Of a stretch of DNA of 64,000 nt, positions 1 to 14,690 are shown piece by piece. The DNA comes from the human T2T-CHM13v2.0 reference genome, Homo sapiens, in assembly GCF_009914755.1 (NCBI RefSeq), contig NC_060929.1, one strand, 5' to 3'. The translations under genes were made by a program, and so were the position numbers. Below the pieces are notes generated by a model, which saw only the letters and a program-made list of their open reading frames with translations, was not told the DNA's origin and made no database searches. The number at the start of each line of letters is the position of its first letter. The stretch's first letter is position 1.

Positions 1-494
1 AAGGGACCGGATGCCGTGGAGCAGGGGGCGATGCCCGTTGGGGAGGCTCTGGCCCGTTTGGGGAGCCCACTGTGGGGGATCTTGGGCATGGCAGGCTGCA
101 TGTCGGAGCCTTGCCCCGCGGGGAGGCAGCTGAGGCCCCGCGAGAATTTGAGCGCGGCGTGGGCGGGTCTGCAGTGCTGGGGGACTGGGCGCCCTCTCCG
201 CAGCTGCTGGCCCGGGTGCTAAGCCCTTCACTGCTCGGGGCTGGCTGTGCTGGCCTGCCGCTTGAGCCAACGCCCACCTGGAACTCCCGCTGGCCCACAA
301 GCACCCTGTGCGCACCTCTCCCTCCACACCTCCCGGCAAGCAGAGGTAGCTGGCTCCAGCCTCAGCCAGCCCAGAGAGGGGCTCCCACAGTGCAGCAGCT
401 GGCTGAAGGGCTCCTCAAGCGTGGCCAGAGTGGACACTGAGGCTGAGGAGGTGCTGAGCGCCAGCGAGGGCTGCCAGCACATTGTCACCTCTCA
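1..494 (-). mobile_element. LTR12-family (ERV9) LTR, GC-rich 5' (U3) part, LTR12D/E-like; continues beyond window start
   Basis: Reverse complement begins TGAGAGGTGACAATGTGCTGGCAGCCCTCGCT and contains GAGGAGCCCTTCAGCC and GTGGAGGGAGAGG, matching the LTR12 5' end; sharp GC drop after 494. Confidence 0.92.
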
Positions 495-1139
495 CTACCA
501 CATATTACCCAAATGCCTCATCTATTGAACAGCCTCCTCTGATAGTTTAAAACTAGAAGAATCCTCACATGGACAACACAAAGGCTTTAGCAGATAATTG
601 AAGTGGAGGCATAAACTAATATACATGAATTTCATAGAATTTAGATCTAGATTAAATGTCTATCAAGGCTGTTAGAGGAAGAGTATTTGTATAATCATTT
701 AATAGACCAAGAAAATACACCATTTGGTAGAGCTTTTACACATTAACTGGCTAGTACAGGAGCTCATGTGAGGTGTATGTGCCCAAAGGCATGCTTTATT
801 TTCATGGTAATTAGTAAGGTCAAATGGACTTTATTAAAACTAGTCTAAATGTGAGGCAAGCAAAGAGAAGTAGTAGGCTGTATGGTTATAAGAGCAGACA
901 GAGACAGAAAGAAGTTAAGTCACCAGACGGGCAATCACAGAGCCAGATACTTGGCTTTATCTGACAATAGTTTCCTGAACTAAGACCCAGTCCTGCCTGA
1001 GGCCCAAACTAAGACCTGGTCCTGTGACTGCAGAGACACTGTGCTCTGCTGCCCTAATTCCACCGTAAGTTTGTGTCATATGTCCTCAATACTTAAGATA
1101 ATTTTAAAAATGTCTCTACTGTTCACAGCATAAGAATCC

Positions 1140-1260
1140 CAAGGAAGGAAAGGTGAGAAGTAGAGAAGGAGGGAGAAAAAATAAAAGGAAGAGGGGGAAA
1201 GATGGAGGCAGGGAGGGAGAGACAGTGGATGTAAGCAGGTAAGATGGGATATTAGAGTAT
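1140..1260. repeat. GA-rich low-complexity tract
   Basis: Purine-rich run aaggaaggaaaggtgagaag...gggagggagag. Confidence 0.6.
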
Positions 1261-1392
1261 CTGGAGGATCCATCAAAGGGAATGAGGGTGTAAGATTATA
1301 ACATGGAAATGCAGATTTATTTTAATTACACAAGTAATTTTGAGCATACTCATTATAAAATTTTGAAATTAATAAAAATAGTCTTCAAGATA

Positions 1393-2012
1393 TTTTAAAT
1401 AAACTTTATTTTTTAGAGCAGTTTTAGGTTCACAGTAAAATTGAACACAAAGTCCAAAGAGTTTCTACAAATCCCCATCCACATACATGCATATCCTCTC
1501 TCATTGTCAACATCCTGTAGCAGAATGGTAAATTTGTTACAATCATGAAACTACAATGACTTGTCTTGTCTTGTTGAGGATGTTTGCATATACACTCATG
1601 TGAGACATTGGTATGTAGTTTTCTTTTATTTTAATATTGTGCTGTTTTAATACTAGTCTCATTGAATGAGTTAAGAAGTATGCCCCCGATTCTGTCTTCT
1701 GAAAAAGATCTTAAAGAATTGTTATAATATTTTTCATAAATGTTTTGTAGATTTCACAAGTGGACCCATCTGGGACTGGTACTGTCTATTTAGGAAGGTT
1801 ATTAATTATCGATAGTATTTCTTTAATGCATATGAGTTATTCTGACTGGCTATTTCTTCTTGTGTGAATTTTCGCAAATTAGGTTTTCCAGGCAATTTTT
1901 TTTCCATTTCATCTAGGTTATTAAACGTGTGGCTATAAAGTTGTTTATGTTATTTCTTTATTATTCTTTTGATGTCATGGAATCTATATCGGTGTCACCT
2001 CCTCATATCTGG
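1393..2012 (-). mobile_element. Old L1 (L1MC-like) 3' end joined to an ORF2 fragment
   Basis: ttttagagcagttttaggttcacagtaaaattga is an antisense L1MC-type 3' end; ttgttgaggatgtttgcat...attggtatgtagttttc is antisense ORF2. Confidence 0.75.
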
Positions 2013-2949
2013 TATCCAAGGCATGTTTAAATTTTAAAAGTAATATATTGGACAGTGTGTGAAATTAGAAAAGAGTAAAAATATTTACCTCTAAATCTCT
2101 GTATTTACCTATCTATCATCTCTCTCTCAATCATCTACGTGTATTTTCAAACTCATTGGCTGTCATCATTGAGACACTCAGAATTTTCACCATATTGTTT
2201 AAATTGCTACTACTGAAAGTTATTATCTATTCTGCAAATTCGGTTTTTAAAAAGTTCGACAATCTAGAAACTGAAACCAGAATTTTACTTTATGTAGAAT
2301 TAATAATCAGTTTTGGGGTAGATTATTTAAATGCAATGTCTGTAAAACTTTCATAAAAATCTTGTATCTTTTAAAATAGCACTAGCGTTTATTTTTAAAA
2401 TGATACTAACCTCTTTTTAAAATCTGTTTGAAAAACGTTGAAGTCAGACTTATAAAACTATCCTATAATTTATGTGTCCTTTCATCAATTAATTCAATAT
2501 GTATTTAAGTATTATAGCCTTTTTCCTACAAACATATATATATATCTCCAATATGTAAAACAAATAAAAAATGAAGTTTTTCTGATGAACACAGGAGAAG
2601 CAGCTTGAAAGATACTTTCCCAGTTTCCTTCTCATATAACTTGACTGATCTGCAACACCTCTACAGAATGTCATTGTTCCTTAGAGCAGTACAAAACCCA
2701 CTATCCTATTGTTGTTTCAGAACCGTACCCATTTCTTTATATGCCTCTTTCTGAACCATTTTCTTAACAAGTCTGATGGTTAGGTTCTTTGTTACTGAAT
2801 GAAAAGAATACACAAGAAAGGACTGCATTCCACTGCTATTTGAATTTTCTTATTTTCATGCAATTGATGTATTATGAGCAACCAGAAATCTGACTTTCCT
2901 TTTTGCTTTGCTGTACTAAGCCACCCAAGCTTTAGCCTATACGGAGTTG

Positions 2950-3336
2950 TGTTAAAAGAAAAACCTTAAATTTAACAGAATTTAATCAAGCAAAGAATGA
3001 TTCACAAATTGGGCAGCCCCTGAACCAAAATAGGTTCTGAGATGATCCAGTGCTGTCTCTCTGTCAAAGAAGATTCATCGATAGAAAAAGGAAAGTGACA
3101 TAGAGAAAATGGAAGTGAAGTACTGAAACAGCCAGATGGATAACAAATTGGCTTTTGCCTTATTTTAATACAATTTTAACAGTTGGCCATGGTTGATTGG
3201 CTGAAACTCAATGATTGGCAGAAGAGTAGATTACGGTCTGTTTACACATCCAGTTAGATATAGTTCACTATGTACAAAGAAATCATTAGGCTGAATTTAA
3301 AATATGTAAGGAGGCAGCGTTAGGTTAAACTTAACA
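2950..3336 (-). mobile_element. MER57-family solo LTR (ERV1)
   Basis: TGTTAA...TTAACA termini; 4-bp TSD GTTG (2946-2949 and 3337-3340); antisense matches MER57 start (GCTGCCTCCTTACATATTTTAA); two GATTGGC (CCAAT) boxes. Confidence 0.88.
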
Positions 3337-3696
3337 GTTGTATTAAGTTAGGCATCAAATCAGGGTTAGCATTTTCTTCCTTTTACTTAAATTCTTCTTC
3401 ACTGTTTTATTATCAGTGTCTTTTGGTCTTTTCATCTACTTGTGTAAAACTCTACGTTGATCCTTTAGTGCTCTCAACACCTTCCCATGTTCTTGACATC
3501 CTGATCTTGATACTTTTAAGTAATATAAAAGATGCCTTTCTTGGATTTCAGGTGTCCTGAAAGAGGACATTGTCATCTTGATCAATCATCATTGAGAATG
3601 CTTCAGGAAATGGTCTTTTGGTGTCCTAGCTTTACCTAGTACCCATTTCTCTTGCATCAATTTAGTGCCCTGAAATAGCCAGAGGCTGTTATTTAC

Positions 3697-4286
3697 TGTA
3701 AAAAGTGAAGTAGAGGTTCCTCTTCAAAGACTTTCCTCCCTATCTAATTAGGAATACATAGTAACTTCTCTTAAAAGCAAAATTTATTCAAAGACCCGTA
3801 CTAACATTCTTAAATATCTGCTAGCTGTAATAAAGAAATCAATGTACTTTATGTTCTTAGCTCCCACAATTTAGCCTAAATATTTACCCTCTCATGCTTA
3901 TACTGGTCCAAGCAAGCATTAGGTCATAGCCTGTTCCTGTTCCTTATTTGAAGGTGTTTTTACCTTTCTCAGCATTCCACAAGTTACTTCCTCCTTCTTT
4001 AGTTCTCCTCTGCCTTGCCTCTTTTAAAAAGTTCTAAGTTGCTAGCCAATTGAGACAAATACAAAATGTGATGTCCCGTTCCAGCCAGTGGAAACCGGAC
4101 ACAGCAGTGGGAGGGACGCGTCAGATTATAAATGAACCTGTCTCCTTTCTTCAGTGTACTCTCCTGGCAAAACTGCTGGCAAATGTACCCTTTCTGTAGA
4201 AAGTATAAAAATGGCCTTGCTGAGAAAATTAAGTTTATGTTCAAGTGCTATTTCTTTACGGCACTGGGGAACAAGCATTTCTAAAA
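3697..4286 (+). mobile_element. LTR10C-like solo LTR (HERV-I group)
   Basis: TGTAAAAAGTGAAGTAGAGGTTCCTCTTCAAAGAC...GGGGAACAAGCATTTCTAAAA; 5-bp TSD TTTAC (3692-3696 and 4287-4291). Confidence 0.9.
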
Positions 4287-5110
4287 TTTACTTTATCCTT
4301 AAGCAGAAGAAATATCTTTATTTTTAAAATTATTTTTAATATATTTTTAAAAAAATTCTTAAAATAAAAAATATAATTTTTCCCAGGTTTGCTTTAGTTT
4401 TCTTTTTTAATCAAATGATAAAGATACAGATAAGACTTACACATTCCATTCTTTCCTCTTGGAGATAGCCTCTTAGTGATAGCCTCTTATTAAGATGGTG
4501 TGATACATTCCCATTTATGTTTTTATACATTCATACACATATGCATATTTCTCGAATATATATTACTGTTTTGTATGAGAAAAAATGTTTGTAAATTGAA
4601 TATATCCTGAAACATTTTTTATCTGAACATAATGCTTATAAAATTTTATCCATCTTATTTCTTGTATTTCTGTTTTATTCATTTTAACTCCTGAATGAAC
4701 TTTAAGTATTCACTATAGATAGATCATCACTTTGAGGGATGGCATGCAAATGATGTCAGTATCTACGAACGTTTTCTCTTGAATGGTTCAGTCTATTACA
4801 GTGCAATCTTCCAATCTCTTTCTGAGGTATATACCATTGTCGCTGTTCCCCAGGTGACTAGTAAAGTCTCTCCAATTAGTATGTGGAATTTCTCCCCTTA
4901 ACTTCCCTGATTTCTGTATGTTACTCAGCTGTGCTTGCTGTCTTAGAAAACTCTTCGTATAGGACATAAGATGTTTTCCAGGATAACAACCTCCAGCTGT
5001 CTGATTTCAGAGAGGTAGTAGCCTGGCAATATTAGATTAAGAATGTGTATAGAGGATTCTAGCTTCTTTAAACATTTTTTTCTATTTGAATCACCTCCCC
5101 ATGGCACTAC

Positions 5111-5234
5111 TTTATTTATTTATTTATTTAATTTATAAAAAATTTAATTTTGAGACAACTTCTTGCTCTATTGCCCAGGCTGGAGTGCAGTGGTACAATC
5201 CCTGCTCACTGCAAACTCCACCTCCTGGGTTCAA
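5111..5234 (-). mobile_element. Alu 3' fragment (AluJ-like)
   Basis: (TTTA)n tail then gagaca...gcccaggctggagtgcagtgg...cctcctgggttcaa, truncated. Confidence 0.85.
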
Positions 5235-5751
5235 TAATAATAATTATTGTTATTTATTTTCTATCAGTTACGTGAAGGTTTGGGGGCAATATGAAATAAA
5301 TATGTCAAAGTTACCACATTCTTCTGTACTATTTTCAATAGAAGATAATAAATTTTAATTTTTTCTTCAATGATTTTGATCTGTTCAGTTTTTTCTTCTA
5401 CTTATATCAAATGCTAAGATATAGCATTTAAAAATCATCTATTTCAAGAAAGTTTGAAAATCTTTTCAGAATAAAGCCACTTATAATAATGAAATATAAT
5501 TATTATAATTTGTATAATCTTATAATTAATATAATTATAAATATAATGACATATAAGTGAAATAATGAAATAATATAACAATAACAATAATATAAATAAT
5601 AATAATAACAATAATCATAACAGCAACAACAATTTAAAAATACAAACTCATACAGACAGAAAACAGGAGAAAAATTAGTAGTAGGTAAGAGATGGCTACA
5701 TTTTGGGACTAACATTCGTGAATGAAAAATTAGGAAAGATGATTGCCTACA

Positions 5752-6240
5752 ATGCTGCTATAAAGACACATGCACACGTATGTTTATTGCGGCACTATTC
5801 ACAATAGCAAAGACTTGGAACCAACCCAAATGTCCATCAGTGATAGACTGGATTAAGAAAATGTGGCACATATACACCATGGAATACTATGCAGCCACAG
5901 AAAAGGATGAGTTCATGTCCTTTGTAGGGATGTGGATGAAGCTGGAAACCATCATTCTGAGCAAACTATTGCAAGGACAGAAAACCAAACACCGCATGCT
6001 CTCACTCAGAGGTGGGAGTTGAACAATGAGGACACTTGGACACAGGGTGGGGAACATCACACACCAGGGCCTGTCATGAGGTGGGGGGAGGGGGGAGGGA
6101 TAACATTAGGAGATATACCTAATGTAAATGATGAGTTAACGGGTGCAGCACACCAACATGGCACATGTATACATATGTAACAAACCTGGATGTTGTGCAC
6201 ATGTACCCTAGAACTTAAAGTATAATAAAAAAAAAAAAAA
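5752..6240 (+). mobile_element. 5'-truncated L1PA (L1PA5-like): ORF2 C-terminus, 3' UTR, poly(A)
   Basis: ORF 5780-6022 MFIAALFTIAKTWNQPKCPS...WIKKMWHIYTMEYY is the L1 ORF2p C-terminus; G-rich 3' UTR; ends gtaccctagaacttaaagtataat plus A-tail. Confidence 0.96.
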
Positions 6241-6400
6241 TTTCATTCAAGCTTTATTTTATTCAATATTTATTAAGTATCTATTATATGCCATGCTTCA
6301 TTTTTGATATGTGGGATATGTCAGTGAATGATGGTGATCTCTGCCTTCATGAACTTCACATTCTAGTGGAGGTGGAATGGACAATAAACAACAAAAATGA
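6241..6400 (-). mobile_element. L2a 3' end fragment
   Basis: ttcattca...tatttattaagtatctattatatgcca...ctgccttcatgaacttcacattctagtgg resembles the antisense L2a terminus. Confidence 0.65.
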
Positions 6401-7916
6401 CTAGTTCATCAATTGTATAGTATCTCAGAATATAATCATTGTTATGACAAAAAGTAGAATGGTTCATGGTAACAAGGCAGTGTTTTTATAAATATATGTA
6501 CATGAAGAGATTACCAACCAAACAGATATGCTGAGGATTTTATTTATGATTTTTTACTGAACATTCATTATGTGCTGTGTGATACATAAGTCTGTGTCCA
6601 AAATTGATCAGAATAAGTTTCATTAAAATCCAATTTTATAAATACACTTCTTATGATAAAGTAAATCTATTAAAAATAACCACAGAATGACCTTAGTTTC
6701 TAAGTATAATAATTAACAAGTAACTTAAAACCTTTGCTGAAGTATGAAAAAACTGTGAGTGAATCAGACTTCATGGATCTTGTAGTTTTTTACTTGGATT
6801 AAATTCATTTAGCAAATGACCATTTTTATAATGAAAGCAATTTATAACTAACTGTTTAGAATGAGTTAAATATTGCTTAAGTACTTCATGTTTGCTATAA
6901 TTCAAGTAGTTTCAATACTTGCTTTGAATAAAAAGGTAGAATTTCAAACAATGTTTTTAGGGAATAGAAACATACACAGTAGACTATAATTTCATCTATT
7001 AAAGAAATAACGGAAAGCTATGTTTATTAACTTGCTTTGAAACATTGAGTGAAACCATACATTACTATCACTGTGGCAGTACCCCTAGTGGAATACATGT
7101 CACTAGATGTTTGTAAATTTAAATACAAAATATTCAACAAAACTACACTAATAGTTAATTTACTGCTTTTGCTATCAAATACCTTACCTTGCCATCCTAT
7201 CCTTCACAGTACTAAATAGCACAGTGTTGCTTAAGAAAAAGAGATTGCTGAGTGTAGCTGCATATGATATGACCTCCATTTGATGTAAGTGTCAATTTCT
7301 TTAATGGAAAGTACTTAGAATTGCAGCACAATTGATTTTGTTTATTTTCTATAGTGGGCAAAGAGTGTTCCTACTTTGATTACTATTGCAATCTTAAAGA
7401 CATGTTCAAAACTCCTGAGAAAGAAAACAATACCAATAACTAAACACAATTTATCTTTTACAATAGCAAGTTGTGTATTATACCTGAGCACAATTAACAT
7501 AATTAAAACAAGATTTAAATCTCACTTTGAAAATTGGCCAAACATCACTTTCTTTATGCAAGAATGTTCAGTAAATGCTCCATAAAAACTTATCTTATCC
7601 TTCCAATTCAATGCTTCATAAAATGACAGCAGAATCTAGAGGACATGTATTACATTCAAAATAAATATTTAAAAAGTTATAAATGTATATTTCTTATGCT
7701 TTAATGACTACATGAAGACATTTCAGTTGCAATATTTGGCATTCACATCATATAGCTATGCTCCATATATTATTTAAACATTTTAAAATTACAGTTAGTT
7801 AAATTCTGTTCTATGACATTTTGTTCTATATAACTGGTAAGGGAATTTTAAAACCTAAGAAGTTTTGTTAAAAATTTTATTTTTATAATGAGGAAGAATG
7901 AGTTAAGTTACAGCTA

Positions 7917-7955
7917 TGATAATGATGATAGATGATAGATAGATAGATAGATAGA
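7917..7955. repeat. (GATA)n microsatellite
   Basis: gatagatgatagatagatagatagataga. Confidence 0.9.
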
Positions 7956-8381
7956 CCTATGGTTTCAATATTTGAGTCCTCCAAATGTCATGTTGAAATT
8001 TGATCCCCAAAGTTGGAGGCTGGGGTCTAATGGGAGGTGTATGGGTCATGGGGGCAGATCTCTCATGAATACATTAATGACCTTCCTCTGGGGTAAGTGA
8101 GTTATCACTTTATTAGTTCCTAGGGGAGCTAGTCATTAAAAAGAGGCTGACACCTTCTCCCTCATCTGCCTCTTACATCCTCTCTCCCCATGTGATCTCT
8201 TCACAGCCAGCTCCTCTTCGTCTTCCATCATGAGTGGAAGAAGCCTGAGGCCCGCACCAATTGCAGTTTTCCAATCTTGAGCTTTTGCAGACATCAGAAT
8301 CATAAGCCAAATCAACCTTTCTCTTTATAAATTACCCAGCCTCAGATATTCCTTTATAGTAACAGAAAATGAACTAAGATA
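7955..8381 (+). mobile_element. MSTB-type MaLR solo LTR
   Basis: ctatggttt...catgttgaaatttgatcccc...ataaattacccagcctcagatattcctttatag...actaagata. Confidence 0.88.
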
Positions 8382-8392
8382 AATAGGTAGAT

Positions 8393-8417
8393 ACACACAC
8401 ACACACATACACACACA
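8393..8417. repeat. (CA)n microsatellite
   Basis: Direct reading. Confidence 0.9.
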
Positions 8418-9894
8418 GCATAAGTATTAGTGGGGTTCAAGATTGCACATAATTTTTAGACAATAGCTTTGTGTTTATATGGGGTATTCCTGGAAGTATG
8501 AGAGACACAAAAACAAGAGAAATATTTCCTAAAAACATAAATATACTATTTTGTAGATAATTTGGGTTAAAACTGCACTCCTAAAGACAAATACCTTAAC
8601 TGTTATTGTTTGCTTCAAATAAATCTATCAATGTATTAAGTAGTAGCTAAAGTAAATACAGAGATTCTTAGCCAAATTGGCATGAATACATTAACCAAGA
8701 AAGGACTTTATTAAATAAGTGGCTGCAACAGAATGAAAATGAAAACATTTCAACCTGATAACATTAATGAAATAGTTACAGATGAGACTATTATCACAGC
8801 AATTTACATAATTTTTTAATGCATAAAATCTTTTTTCCTTCAAAAATGTTGCTACTTTCCAGAACTTTGAACACATAAAATGTTAAGAAGTAGGCAGTTC
8901 CAGCCTTTACTTTTCTTTGTAATTTTTGTTACCGAACTCAAATATGGATTCCACATTGAACACGACAAAAAACATTTATTTGCCATCAGATATTAGTTTT
9001 AAAAGGTTTCCATTGCAGCTTCACTTGCTTTGCTTCTGAATAATGATAGCGATAACAGTAATACAAACCTGTGCAAAGTCCTCTGCTTCCAAACTAAGCA
9101 TTTATATGTAATATTTTATTTAATCCTCATGACAGTCTTGTTAAGATTTTATTATTAGACTCATTTATGCAAGTGACAACCATGTAAAACTATGTTATAA
9201 TAAATTATTAAAAAATAATATTAATAAATTATATTTAAATACTTTCCAAAGTTTTGTATATATCAGATGAAATAAAGGGACTTAACCCAAACCCATTGGG
9301 TTGCATCAAATATTTTCTTAAAAGTCACGAATATGTAGCATATGTAACAATGCTTAATAAATCACTGAATACTTACAATGTGCCAAGATAAGTGAGAAAA
9401 TTAGTATTCAAGATAAACGATATAATAGAATGTCCAAAGAATATAGGTGGCAGATGAATAAAATAAACGATTATAATATAAAGCAAAGTGACAAAAATTT
9501 CAACTACACTAAATCTGAAGTATGGCAGACAGATAGTATTATTATGGCATTACCAAGAACTATCCTTAGAAATGTCAATGGATTGCAATTGACCGTCTCT
9601 CCTAACTCAGTCTTTATGAAGGCAAGAATATAAACTTATTCACTACTAATATTATTATCTAAACATAAAGAGCATTTAAAAGATTTGTTGAATAAATTAA
9701 TGAGGATTTCTGAGCTTCACCTGAGTTTCTCTTCCTTACATTGTGGCCTGGATACACATTACAATATTATAGGAATCAAATTATTTTTTCCCAATTTCTA
9801 AGAAATCACTATTCTTTGTTGCCTGATGTCCCATGTATTTTGTCTATTTTTTTGTGGCTGTTTCAGAACACCTTGTTCCTTTTATTCCCCCTTC

Positions 9895-10075
9895 CCTTTC
9901 CCTTCTCTCTTCTGCCGCCTTATAAAGTAGGTGGCTTCTTCCCATTTTACCATAATTGTTAGTTTCCTGAGGCGTCTTCAGCCATGTGGAACTCTGAGTC
10001 AACTTAAACTTCTGTTGTTTATAATTATCTAGTCTCGGGTATATCTTTATAGCAGTGTGAGCATGGACTAATACA
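9895..10075 (+). mobile_element. THE1 (THE1C/D-like) MaLR LTR, 3' half
   Basis: tttcctgaggcgtcttcagccatgtggaactctgagtcaa...agtctcgggtatatctttatagcagtgtgagcatggactaataca. Confidence 0.85.
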
Positions 10076-12239
10076 GTTTGTCATGCTACTTTTGTGATTA
10101 TATCTTGTTCAATATAATCTCAAGCACTAGATCACATGCTCTGTGACAGTATGTATCTCGTCTATTTTGCTAAACACTATATACACTGGTCCTAAATCTG
10201 CTGCTGAAGATCTGAACTTCCAAGGTAAATGTTACAAAAAATATTTTCTATTTGTTTTGTTTATGATATTAAAAAACTCTTATTTTAACAATAATTTCTA
10301 AATAAAATAAAATTAAATGCATTTCAAAATTAACTATATTTGCAGTCAGTCAATAAAAAATCTAAAAAGCACATTTGAAAATTTCCGGCTGAACAAATCG
10401 TTATAAAGAGCAGCAATATAACATTATAATGCATGTGATTAATGTTGCTTCTGGATTTTTAGCCAACCTGTTTTAAGAAAGACTTGACATAGAAGGGGAG
10501 TTACAAAAAAAAAAAAGATAAAGAATATTTGCAACCATTGCATTATCTCACTTTACACTATTTTCAAAACATTGCATGCAAATGTTTGGATTTTTTTCAT
10601 TAATTTGCGCTTGAAGAAATTGTTATTTGCTAGTAGTATGTCATTTATTTGGTGGTATAGTTTACTCATTTGCTTAGATGCAACCTTAAAATAGAATTAA
10701 TTACTTTATAAACTTTAAGCATTAAGAAATTACTAAAGTTTTGAATGGAAGCATCGTCCTAGGTTGGGATAATCTTAGATAATTATTAAATAAATTATTT
10801 AATATATGACTTATATAAAACATTAAATAGGAGAAAATAATAAAAGGAATCAGTAAAATATTGAGAATATCTAATAAAAATACATCATTTTAAGTAATTC
10901 TATTTTTTTCTAAAATTAAGCAAGGCAATTTTATGTAAATATATACTATTTAAACATGTCCTAAAATATGTGAGGCTTTTTAGCATTTAAGCAATTAATT
11001 TTCAACACTTCAGATTACTGACTATGAAAGCTCTTAATTTAAGAATTTAATGATGTTTAGAAGGGTAATTATTATCTTATTTTAGAGATTGGTTTGCTTG
11101 CTAACTGTTTTGTTTATTTTACTCTGTTAACTGAAATGGAATGATTTTATGCAAATCCAAAGTTAAACATTTAAATATGCAAAACTCAGTAGATGAAAAA
11201 TAAGATATTTAGAGCAAAATTTTCTCATCAATATAATAAAAATACTCACCTCTGTATTTTTCTTCTCTTTATTATGTGCATTGATAACTGTATGACATTT
11301 GAGGGTTTTTTTAATAATATGAAAATGTGGTTGACAGAATGGATAATGCACCAATGATGGTTTGATTGTGGCTATGTAATTTTTTGTAACTTCTTTTATA
11401 TGATGTATTTCTTTCCTTATTTACAGGATTTGTTTCTAACTAGTTTATTTTCACTAAAACACAATATCTGAAAAAAAACTCTTCTTCCATTCCAGCATAT
11501 TAGGAAAATTACTCTTGATACCATTATAGGAGATCCAGGACTTAGCTCAGAGCCCTACGATTGTCTTCTCCATCTCTCCTCCAGTTTTCTGCAAATTAAA
11601 ATCCAGTTGCTCTGTCTGCAAAGTAGATTTCCAGATGTGTTCCATGTCTAAGTTTTTAAAAAGGCAGATGAAGCATAAAAATGGAAAAGACTTGAAAAAA
11701 TGAAAACCAAAATATAAAGCAGGTAGAGCTCAATGTAATGCATACAATTTTGCTTTAATGTTCTTACTGACACCTGTTAGGGTCAATATAAATGACAAAA
11801 CGGTTAATTAGTACTATTAAATAATATTTTATTTTAAAATTCACCCATTATGGCTTTTTTAGTGATTAGTCATTCAATTTTCCTAGCGTCAAGTCATTAA
11901 AAAATATGTTATAGGCCTGTGAAATCTGAGACATAGATATTTGTTTTTACAAGAGCTTAAATAGTGAGAAAGATGAACAATGAAGACTTCCTGCAAGTAA
12001 GAAAATAAACAATTATAATTACCACAATGTCAACAATGATCAAAATTTTCTTTAAAAGGATCAAAAAAGATAGAGAAGCCCTAAGAAATCTTTCAACTTT
12101 TCTTTAGCTATAGATAAACTTTATAGAAGAAGAAAATGTAGGCACTGCCACTCAGTTATCAAAATATGCCATCAACATTTAAACAGCTCCTTCTTCTCTT
12201 TCTTTCAGGATTACTAATTTTATAATTTGAAATTAAAAG

Positions 12240-14060
<1,821 letters not shown>

Positions 14061-14089
14061 ATATTGTGTTTCTTAGAAATAATTAATTA

Positions 14090-14690
14090 GATGCAGTATT
14101 TTTATAGCAAAGTTCTAGCTCAGAAGGGTTTAACATTTTGCTGAACTTGGGTAATGTGACTATAAATTCCTTTGCCTCTCAGCCTCAGCAATGCACTCTG
14201 GTACACTTTTTAAAGTTAGCTGTCTCTCATGATCCACAAATGTAGCCACTTTTCAATGCTTTTCATAGCTTCATCCACACTATAGACATTAATTTCATAC
14301 TTTCCAGAGCAATCTTATATGCAGATTGGCAAATATCTTCTTCCTTTTTCTGAATGTACTATAGTGTTGATTCATTAGCACTGAACTCATAGCCAGTAGC
14401 ACTATAACTCATGCCTGAATTAAGCTTGTCTAACATCTCTTCTAGAAGCTTATTTGTTGCCTATTTCTCCATAAGGCACATCATAGCTTCCTTGTACTTA
14501 GTAACACCAGACAGCACACTACACTTTGGGGCCATTTAAATAACAAAACTACCTACAAAAACATAAAAATGTAAAAATTATGGCACTAAATATACTAAAA
14601 AAGACAATTATTTATACTATGAGAGCTGCAGCAAGAAATCATAGTGTTGCCTTGTTAACTTCAGCTGGGACTCTACATCTGAGCTGTACT
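14090..14690 (-). mobile_element. TcMar-Tigger DNA transposon remnant (MER82-related) with transposase N-terminus
   Basis: Minus-strand translation VLSGVTKYKEAMMCLMEK*..MLDKLNSGMSYSATGYEFSANESTL*YIQKKEEDI...(frameshift)DEAMKSIEKWLHLWI fits pogo/Tigger CENP-B-type HTH domains. Confidence 0.8.

Noticed and set aside
16-528. GC-rich ORFs resembling a CpG-island first exon
   Set aside because: Lie within the LTR12 element.
11243-11480. Minus-strand exon candidate (T9CAG acceptor near 11468, GAG|GTGAGT donor near 11249)
   Set aside because: Stop-rich and AT-rich; such signals occur by chance. Relevant only if the minus-strand transcript is confirmed.
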